This document shows, in pieces, positions 18,657 to 26,140 of a stretch of 51,482 bases of DNA. How positions within the stretch are numbered: position 1 is the stretch's first letter; each line of letters opens with the position of its first letter. A program made the position numbers and the translations under genes. The DNA is taken from the sequence record DRR723986_9379; one strand, 5' to 3'. A model generated the notes under the pieces. It did no database searches and was not told the origin of the DNA. It worked only from the letters and a program-made list of their open reading frames with translations.

Positions 18657-19478
18657 ATGAAAGAAGATAGTCTTAAAGATAAAGTAGTCATAGTTACTGG
18701 TGCCACATCTGGAATAGGAGAGTCTTGTGCGAGAGTTTTTGGCGAAGCAGGAGCTAGGGTGGCCATAACAGGCAGAAATCAAGAAAAGTTGGATGCTACC
18801 AAAGAAAAGTTGGCTGCAGAAGGGCTAAATGTTTTGACCATTTTAGCTGATGCCAGCGTGATTGCGGATAACCAACGGATGGCAGAAACGGTACTTTCTG
18901 AATATGGAAAGATCAACATTTTGATAAACAATGCGGGCATTTCTATGCGTGCACTTTTCGAAAATCTTGATTTCGAAGTCTTTCATAAAGTGATGGAAAC
19001 CAATTTCTGGGGTACTGTATACGCAACCAAGTTTTGTTTGCCATCTATAATTGAGAATAAAGGGACCGTCATTGGCATTTCCTCGATCAACGGATTTCGT
19101 GGTACACCAGCTAGAACGGCATATACGGCAAGTAAATTTGCGATGAATGGTTTTTTTGAATCGCTTAGAACAGAAGTAATGAAAAAGGGAGTTCATGTCT
19201 TAGTGGCTTGTCCTGGATTTACTGCGTCCAATATTCGTAAAAATGCACTCACTGCTCATGGTTCTTTACAAGGAGAATCGCCTAGGGACGAATCCAAAAT
19301 GATGAGTTCGGAAGAAGTAGCAGAAGAGATATTGAATGCTACACTGAAAAGAAAGCGTGATTTGACGCTTACTACCCAAGGAAAGCTGTTGAAATTCCTT
19401 AATAAGTGGATGCCGGGCAGGTTGGATCATATTGTGTATAATCAATTGAAAAAGGAAAAAGACTCACCTTTCCATTAA
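18657..19478 (+). CDS. Short-chain dehydrogenase/reductase
   Basis: TGATSGIG, NNAG and YTASK motifs. Likely start is ATG 18657. Confidence 0.93.
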   Translation: MKEDSLKDKVVIVTGATSGIGESCARVFGEAGARVAITGRNQEKLDATKEKLAAEGLNVLTILADASVIADNQRMAETVLSEYGKINILINNAGISMRALFENLDFEVFHKVMETNFWGTVYATKFCLPSIIENKGTVIGISSINGFRGTPARTAYTASKFAMNGFFESLRTEVMKKGVHVLVACPGFTASNIRKNALTAHGSLQGESPRDESKMMSSEEVAEEILNATLKRKRDLTLTTQGKLLKFLNKWMPGRLDHIVYNQLKKEKDSPFH

Positions 19479-22400
19479 ATGCCTGATTCAATCTTTCAGA
19501 CTTACCGAAACCGCCTCGTAGACCTGTCCTCCAAAAATAGGTCGCTTTATTTATCTAAGTCGGAAGGTTTTGGAGTTCTAGATCTGAAGGAATTTGATTT
19601 TTTAAATGGTGAAAATAGCTTTGAGATAATCAGGAAGTCTATTTCATCTAAGAAACCCCTCACATTAATCCCTGAATCTGATCCTCGTCTTGCGAATGTA
19701 AATACGCTTTCAAATGCATTATCCAGACTTTCCTTTCGTGATCAATTGACCCAAGAAGAGACTGGTGAGCAATCACTTTTTCTTGGTTGGCCATTTGTTG
19801 AAGGGAAGCTTATTAATGGTCAGGTCTTGCGTGCGCCACTATTGCTTTTAGGTATAAAGTTGCAACTTGAACATGGGCAATGGGTACTCTCAAAAACGGA
19901 CGATTGGCAATGGAATCCGGCATTTCTTTTGGCTTATAGCCATGCATATGGAAAAGTAGTAGAGGCAGATTCGTTGAATCAAGAATTGCAGGAATTATCG
20001 ACTGATGCAACTGGGTTTCGAACTGGGTTTTCAAAGATTCTTAATGATCACTTCTCGATTCAGCTGAGTTCATCGCTGTTTGAAGACCAGTTGGCTCCAT
20101 TCCCAGTTTCCCAACTTAGTCTGGATTCTACTCAATTTCAGGATGGAAGGATTGCCTTGAAAAGCTATGCTTTGTTAGGGTTATTTGCTCAAAAAGGAAG
20201 TTTTCTTTTCACTGATTACGAAAAGCTGGAAAAGGAATTTGGCGAGTTTAGTCTGGAAGAGTTATTTACTCAGTTTTTTGCAAACGATGAAAGTCAGCCC
20301 ATTCCTAGAGAAGACCAGCTTTTTCCTGTGTTTCCACTGGATGCTTCTCAGGAAAATGTTTTAGTGAAAGTTCGGCAAGGCAAAAGTCTTGTTGTTGAAG
20401 GTCCGCCAGGTACGGGCAAGTCTCAATTAATTGCAAATCTGGTTTCAGACTATTGCTCTCGCGGCAAAAAAGTATTGGTGGTCTCACAAAAGAGAGCTGC
20501 CCTTGATGTGGTTTTTGAGCGATTGAGTAAAGCTGGTTTTGGTGATTTCTTGGGGTTGGTGCATGATTTTCGGGCAGATCAGAAAGTCCTCTTTCAAAAG
20601 ATAAAAGCTCAAATTGAATCTATAGAGGCTTATCAGGAGCAAAATCGAGGGATTGATTCTATACAACTTGAGCGTGAAATCTCTCAATACTCTAAAACAA
20701 TTGCTAGGCTTTCGGATAAGTTTGAGAGGTTTAGATCTGCACTTTTTGATACCGATGCGGCTGGCATTCCAGTAAAGGCAATGTATTTGAAGGCTGACCT
20801 CCAAAAGCCATTCTTCGAGCATTTTGAATTAGTAAAGCTGGATTATCAGTCAGCTCTGGATTTTGAAAAGAATTATAAAATTCACCATTCTTATAAAGTC
20901 CAGTTTGCTGGCTCCTTTTGGGAAAACAGAGTTTCTTTTGCCCATTTTGAGCCCTCGGTTTTCCCTAGGATAAATCAGGTTCTGAAAGAGATTTCAGGAT
21001 TTAGAGAAAAGACTTTTCACCTGAACAATGATTTTGACTTTGATAAGCTATCCGAGCTAATACTAACAGATGGTGATTTCTGCAAAAAGGTAGAACGAAT
21101 AAGTTCTTTCCTTAAGCAATTGGAAAAGCCTGATTTAGGTATTTCAGCTGTTTTCGATCCTGCTATATTAAGGGGTCTGACCATCATTAAGGACTGGAAT
21201 ACTAAGGCTATCAATAAGTTGCAAAAGCTTTCATTTGGGATATCGGCAAGTAATGAGAGTATTTCTGCTTTGGAAGGTGAGTTGAATTCGCTACAACCTA
21301 AAGTAAATTCATGGCTTGGCAGAATTCAGGTGAACTTGAGTAAAAGTAAGTTTCCACTGACTTTTGATATTCTGAAGAAAGCCAATCTAAGCTTTAATGA
21401 AGCATCTGTATCTAATATTCAAGCTGAATTAGACATACTCAAATCCTTGAAAATTGAGCTTTCAGAGCTTCCGATAATTGAAGGTTTGAATAGGAATGAG
21501 CTTTCAATTGAAGGGTTGAAGGATGAGGTTGAATTGATAAGCCCGATTTTGGCTTGGGTGGAGTCATGGAAAAGTCAGCCAGAAGTTCATTCAGTGGCAA
21601 ATTGGAATTCTGATGACTTTATGCAGCTGCTCAAAAAACTAGATGAATTCTCTAAATCGTTTCAGCTCAACTCTACTAATTGGATGGCATATTTGAGGGA
21701 TAAACAAATTTTGGAAATTCTTAAAAATGACTTCCCTACTGACAAGTTTGAAATCCAGATTAATCAGACATTTTCTGAGTTAGTTGCTTTTGATAGGTTT
21801 TTGGAAAGCTCTGACACAGTTACTCTTGCACTTGAAAAAAAGCTTGAAACTGATTTTGCCGACTTGAATTTAAGTGAGCAGGTTTTGGTGTTTTGGAATT
21901 CCTGGTATTTGGCTTGGATAGCTCAAATTGAAGTTAAGAATCCTGTTTTGGCAGATGCTGGAAGTCTCAAAATGGCCCATGAGTTGGCTGAATTGAAGGA
22001 TTCAATTCTTGAAAAAAGGAAGATTGCTAGGCACATCGCCTTGCTAAGACTTCGAGAACAAGTTACTTCTGGCTTGGAGTTTAACCGTTTAGGAAATCGA
22101 CTGACTTATCGGGATTTGCTTCATCAGGTAAGTAAAAAGAGGCAGCGCTGGCCGATTCGGAAACTGGTGGAAGAAATGGGAAAGGAGGTTTTTCGTTTGT
22201 TGCCCTGTTGGTTTGCGAGCCCTGAGACTGTTTCAGCCTTGTTTCCTTTAAATCAGGAGTTTGATTTGGTGATTTTCGATGAGGCTTCTCAGTGTCAAGT
22301 TGAGCGCGGTTTGCCTGCTATGCTTCGTGGTAAGCAGGTGGTGATTGCCGGAGATTCCAAGCAGCTGAGACCTTCAGATTTTTATCAGGTGAAATGGGAG

Positions 22401-23360
22401 TCTGACGAAGAAGGGTTGGAATACGAAGCAGAATCTTTACTGGAATTGGCTGGAAATTTCTTCGAAAAGCACCAACTCAAGGGGCATTACCGCTCTTCAG
22501 ATCCTGCATTGATACATTTTTCCAATAGTCATTTCTACGAAAATCAACTGGAAACTTTGCCGGATTATGCAACTTCAATGGCTGGAAAACCTGCTTTTTC
22601 TTGGGAAAAAGTGGAGGGAATCTGGGTAAACCAGGTGAATAAGATGGAGGCCGATGCTGTGGTTTTGAAGGTGGAGTCAATTGGTGGTTCTTATCCTGAA
22701 GATACTATTGGTATTGTAACGGGAAATTATTTTCAAATGGAATTGATTCGGGAAAAGCTCTGGAAAGCTGGTTTTCAAAATAGTGGAATCAAGGTTCGAA
22801 ACATTGAAAATGTACAGGGTGATGAGTTTGATCAGGTGATTTTATCCTTAGGCTATGCTCCAAATCCTGAAGGGAAGTTGGTGACAAACTTCGGGTTGCT
22901 TGGGAAATCTGGTGCTGAAAATAGATTGAATGTGGCTATCACCCGTGCTAGGAAAAAAATGCATATTATTTCGAGTATTGATTCAGCTGATTTTCGTCCT
23001 AGCCAACTTAAAAATCCAGGTTTAGTCTTACTGCGGGAGTTTTTGGCTTTTGCCCGTGTTCAGAGTGAAAATGCTTCGATTTCTATTCCTGAGCCCATTT
23101 CAAAGGGTTATGAAATTGATTGGAGCTTGAAAAATAGACTTCTGAAGAGCGGTAATTCTTATTCAGCTGATGTTCCATCAGTAGTGATGGATTTGATGTC
23201 AGAGGATTCAAATGGAGATAAGATAGCCATACTTACAGATGATCAACGGTTTTTTAATGCCTCCACAGCTAAAGCCGCTTTGGCTTACCACCCGATTCTT
23301 CTTGAGCAAAAAGGATGGAGTTATGATTGGAAATGGAGTAGAGATTCGTTTATTGATTGA
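19479..23360 (+). CDS. DUF4011-like N-terminus plus superfamily 1 (UPF1/DNA2-like) helicase with a degenerate C-terminal nuclease-like tail
   Basis: YRNRLVDLSSKNRSL N-terminus; GPPGTGKS, DEASQ, GDSKQL, HYRS, VQGDEFD and RLNVAITRAR helicase motifs. Confidence 0.85.
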   Translation: MPDSIFQTYRNRLVDLSSKNRSLYLSKSEGFGVLDLKEFDFLNGENSFEIIRKSISSKKPLTLIPESDPRLANVNTLSNALSRLSFRDQLTQEETGEQSLFLGWPFVEGKLINGQVLRAPLLLLGIKLQLEHGQWVLSKTDDWQWNPAFLLAYSHAYGKVVEADSLNQELQELSTDATGFRTGFSKILNDHFSIQLSSSLFEDQLAPFPVSQLSLDSTQFQDGRIALKSYALLGLFAQKGSFLFTDYEKLEKEFGEFSLEELFTQFFANDESQPIPREDQLFPVFPLDASQENVLVKVRQGKSLVVEGPPGTGKSQLIANLVSDYCSRGKKVLVVSQKRAALDVVFERLSKAGFGDFLGLVHDFRADQKVLFQKIKAQIESIEAYQEQNRGIDSIQLEREISQYSKTIARLSDKFERFRSALFDTDAAGIPVKAMYLKADLQKPFFEHFELVKLDYQSALDFEKNYKIHHSYKVQFAGSFWENRVSFAHFEPSVFPRINQVLKEISGFREKTFHLNNDFDFDKLSELILTDGDFCKKVERISSFLKQLEKPDLGISAVFDPAILRGLTIIKDWNTKAINKLQKLSFGISASNESISALEGELNSLQPKVNSWLGRIQVNLSKSKFPLTFDILKKANLSFNEASVSNIQAELDILKSLKIELSELPIIEGLNRNELSIEGLKDEVELISPILAWVESWKSQPEVHSVANWNSDDFMQLLKKLDEFSKSFQLNSTNWMAYLRDKQILEILKNDFPTDKFEIQINQTFSELVAFDRFLESSDTVTLALEKKLETDFADLNLSEQVLVFWNSWYLAWIAQIEVKNPVLADAGSLKMAHELAELKDSILEKRKIARHIALLRLREQVTSGLEFNRLGNRLTYRDLLHQVSKKRQRWPIRKLVEEMGKEVFRLLPCWFASPETVSALFPLNQEFDLVIFDEASQCQVERGLPAMLRGKQVVIAGDSKQLRPSDFYQVKWESDEEGLEYEAESLLELAGNFFEKHQLKGHYRSSDPALIHFSNSHFYENQLETLPDYATSMAGKPAFSWEKVEGIWVNQVNKMEADAVVLKVESIGGSYPEDTIGIVTGNYFQMELIREKLWKAGFQNSGIKVRNIENVQGDEFDQVILSLGYAPNPEGKLVTNFGLLGKSGAENRLNVAITRARKKMHIISSIDSADFRPSQLKNPGLVLLREFLAFARVQSENASISIPEPISKGYEIDWSLKNRLLKSGNSYSADVPSVVMDLMSEDSNGDKIAILTDDQRFFNASTAKAALAYHPILLEQKGWSYDWKWSRDSFID

Positions 23361-23383
23361 TAAATAAGAATATTGACTTATAG

Positions 23384-23499
23384 ATCATTCACTAAGTTAT
23401 TTTTATCTATTTAATGAATGATTAATCATTCGTTATTAAATTTGTTTTTTTGTGTTATAAATCACTCATTAAGTCGTATATTTATGGATAATGAATGAT
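23384..23499. promoter_or_regulatory. Candidate operator array upstream of the hipB-like gene
   Basis: Five ATCATTCATTA-like half-sites at 23384, 23412 (reverse), 23425, 23461 and 23489 (reverse). Two inverted pairs have identical 17-nt spacers. Confidence 0.7.
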
Positions 23500-23508
23500 A
23501 TTTAAGTC

Positions 23509-23844
23509 ATGGATTATAATCAAATAAGCGATTTAGCAATTTTGCAAAAGCTAGGAGATTTTGTCAAGCATCATCGTATGGAGCAAAACAAGTCTCAGGA
23601 TCAGTTGGCGACCGAAGCTGGTGTGAGTAGATCCACACTGAGTCTGTTGGAGCGTGGTGAAAAGGTGAATTTGATCACTTTGATTCAGGTGCTCAGAGTC
23701 CTTAATCAATTACAATGGCTAGAGTCATTTGAAATAAAGCCTGTAATAAGTCCAATGACTTATATCAAGCTTCAAAAGAAGCATGAACGTCAACGCATAA
23801 GGAATAGTGGTATGGCGGCAGAAGATCCACCTTTAGAGTGGTAG
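23509..23844 (+). CDS. XRE-family HTH antitoxin (HipB-like)
   Basis: SQDQLATEAGVSRSTLSLLERG HTH; overlaps the hipA start; ends in LEW. Confidence 0.85.
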   Translation: MDYNQISDLAILQKLGDFVKHHRMEQNKSQDQLATEAGVSRSTLSLLERGEKVNLITLIQVLRVLNQLQWLESFEIKPVISPMTYIKLQKKHERQRIRNSGMAAEDPPLEW

Positions 23845-25139
23845 TAGCGGCCGAAATATGGATTTGGGATAAGCTTGCCGGTGCTATCCTCTGGGATGAT
23901 TCTGAGCAAATGGGAAGTTTTGAGTTTGACCAAAATTTCCTTTCCTCGGGTCTGGATATTTCTCCAATCAAAATGCCATTGAGTCAAGGAAACAGGATTT
24001 ACCAATTCCCTGAAAACAGAAAATCCCGAGGCGATGTTTTTGACACATTTAAAGGGTTGCCAGGTTTGCTTGCAGATATGCTGCCTGACAAATACGGAAA
24101 TCAACTCATCAACGCTTGGTTAATTCAAAACGGGCGAGCGATCGATAGCCTGAATCCTGTCGAACAACTATGCTTTATTGGAAAGCGAGGAGTGGGGGCC
24201 TTGGAAATCAAACCTTCTTTTCGGTCTGAGGCTATGAAAGCAAGCTCTTTGGAAATTGACAGCTTGGTTAATATTGCGGGAAAAATCCTTAACTCCAGAG
24301 CCGATTTCCAATCAAATTTGACAAGTGAGGAGCAATCTGCACTTTCTGATATTCTCAAAATTGGTACTTCAGCAGGTGGAGCGCGTGCTAAGGCCGTAAT
24401 AGCATTCAATACAAAAACAGGCGAAGTAAAAAGTGGCCAAGTGAAAGCTCCACCTGGATTTTCTTACTGGATCATCAAATTTGATGGAGTGCATGATTCT
24501 CAATTTGGTGCTACTGTGGGTTTTGGGAGAGTAGAAATGGCTTATTATTTAATGGCTAAAGCAGCTGGGATTGATATGAGTGAATGCAGGTTACTGGAGG
24601 AGAATGGCCGGGCACACTTTATGACGAAGCGATTCGACAGAATGGATAATGGTCAGAAAATCCATATGCAGAGTTTATGTGGCATCCGTCATTTTGATTT
24701 TAATCAGGTTGGTTTTTACAGTTATGAGCAGGTTTTTGAAACTATGCGAATGCTAAGGCTTTCTTACCCCGAGGCGGAGCAGATGTTTACTCGGATGTTG
24801 TTTAATGTCTTGGCGAGAAACTGCGACGATCATACCAAGAATTTTGCCTTCCTAATGGATCAAGGGGGAAAATGGTCACTGTCACCGGCCTATGATATTT
24901 GCTATGCATATCGCCCTGGAAGTCTCTGGGTAAGTTCACAGTCTTTGACTGTAAACGGTAAAAGGGAAGGAATCGATGAATCAGATTTTCTGGAAGTAGC
25001 TAGAAAGATGAATATTAAAAAGCCTGAGGAAAAGATCGCTCAGGTGAAATCAGTAGTAAATAGATGGAATGAATTTGCGGAGGAAGTCGGAGTTGATTCT
25101 GCACTAAGGGATGGGATAAAAGCCACACTTTTGGTGTGA
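23838..25139 (+). CDS. hipA: HipA-family kinase toxin of a type II TA system
   Basis: N-terminal HipA coupling domain (LPDKYG), P-loop GTSAGGARAK, catalytic NCDDHTKNF, LSPAYD. Confidence 0.92.
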   Translation: MVVAAEIWIWDKLAGAILWDDSEQMGSFEFDQNFLSSGLDISPIKMPLSQGNRIYQFPENRKSRGDVFDTFKGLPGLLADMLPDKYGNQLINAWLIQNGRAIDSLNPVEQLCFIGKRGVGALEIKPSFRSEAMKASSLEIDSLVNIAGKILNSRADFQSNLTSEEQSALSDILKIGTSAGGARAKAVIAFNTKTGEVKSGQVKAPPGFSYWIIKFDGVHDSQFGATVGFGRVEMAYYLMAKAAGIDMSECRLLEENGRAHFMTKRFDRMDNGQKIHMQSLCGIRHFDFNQVGFYSYEQVFETMRMLRLSYPEAEQMFTRMLFNVLARNCDDHTKNFAFLMDQGGKWSLSPAYDICYAYRPGSLWVSSQSLTVNGKREGIDESDFLEVARKMNIKKPEEKIAQVKSVVNRWNEFAEEVGVDSALRDGIKATLLV

Positions 25140-25175
25140 CTTAAATTTGCTAGAGTTACTGCCAAGTTGGACAAT

Positions 25176-25946
25176 CTAAATATACCCGACCAATTTGTAC
25201 ACCAAAATCCCGATCCATTCTTTGAATAATTTATGCCAGTTTTCGATGGAAGAAGGGCTAGGGTAAATGAATGCAGGAAGGTCATATTTGGTATCATGAC
25301 TATAATAGTCAGTGGGAAAAGTTTCTGTCTTTAACCCGACTTTATCGAAGCAGCCTTTTGCTCGATACATATGAAATGCTGAAGTGATCAAGAGGAATTC
25401 CTGATTCGTATCTATTCCTTTTTGCTCTAAGAATGTCTTCGTGAAAAGTGCATTCTCATGCGTGTTTTTGGATTTATCCTCGATCATCACGTCCTCAGAT
25501 GGAACTCCTGTCATGATAAGGAATCGCTGTAAAAGCTCAGCTTCAGATTGTGGGTTGACTGGATTGAGTCCTTGTCCGCCTGTTATGAGGATTTTCTTGA
25601 TTTTTCCCTCACGATAAAGTTGCAAGGCATGAGTGATCCGATCTGCGCCTTTGTTGAAGAAAGTTCGATCGTATGCGGTTTTACTCAGGTTGGTCACGCC
25701 AGTTAGAACAATGCCAATTTCGTGGTTTTTAATCTCGTTAAAGTCTTTAAAATCGGGTTCCCAAGCAAGCATGGCTTGATTTGTGATAAATTGATTGGAG
25801 AAAAACCACAACAAGATGATCCCAGTCCAAAGGCTCCTTTTACCCCATTTCTTTTTCACATATAGAGCCCCAACTACAATTAACAAACTGATAATGGTCA
25901 AGGGCATTGCCAAAAAGCTCAGGAATTGGGAGAGATAGAAAAACAT
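25176..25946 (-). CDS. YdcF/ElyC (DUF218) family membrane protein
   Basis: Two N-terminal TM segments; ITGG, EDKSKNTHENA and LITSAFHMYRA motifs. Confidence 0.9.
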   Translation of the reverse strand: MFFYLSQFLSFLAMPLTIISLLIVVGALYVKKKWGKRSLWTGIILLWFFSNQFITNQAMLAWEPDFKDFNEIKNHEIGIVLTGVTNLSKTAYDRTFFNKGADRITHALQLYREGKIKKILITGGQGLNPVNPQSEAELLQRFLIMTGVPSEDVMIEDKSKNTHENALFTKTFLEQKGIDTNQEFLLITSAFHMYRAKGCFDKVGLKTETFPTDYYSHDTKYDLPAFIYPSPSSIENWHKLFKEWIGILVYKLVGYI

Positions 25947-25983
25947 GAATTGATTTAAGTGTTTGAGGCAAAGAAAGGAGGGA

Positions 25984-26084
25984 AATGATCAATAATCAAT
26001 TTTCAATGAGCAAATTCAATTTACAAATTGTCAACTGTGTAACGCTTTGATAATTGAGCATTGCCCATTGAACATTGCACATTT
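25984..26084. repeat. Inverted arrays of degenerate 7-bp repeats
   Basis: AATGATC AATAATC AATTTTC AATGAGC (25984-26011) and ATTGAGC ATTGCCC ATTGAAC ATTGCAC (26053-26080). Confidence 0.7.
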
Positions 26085-26140
26085 CCAAATTCTTTTCCCC
26101 AACGTTTCCTTAAATCCATCTCATCGGGTTATTTTTGAGC

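Noticed and set aside
23384-23499. Possible mini-CRISPR array
   Set aside because: The repeats are 11-bp half-sites in alternating orientation, there are no unique spacers of CRISPR length and no cas genes; an operator fits better.
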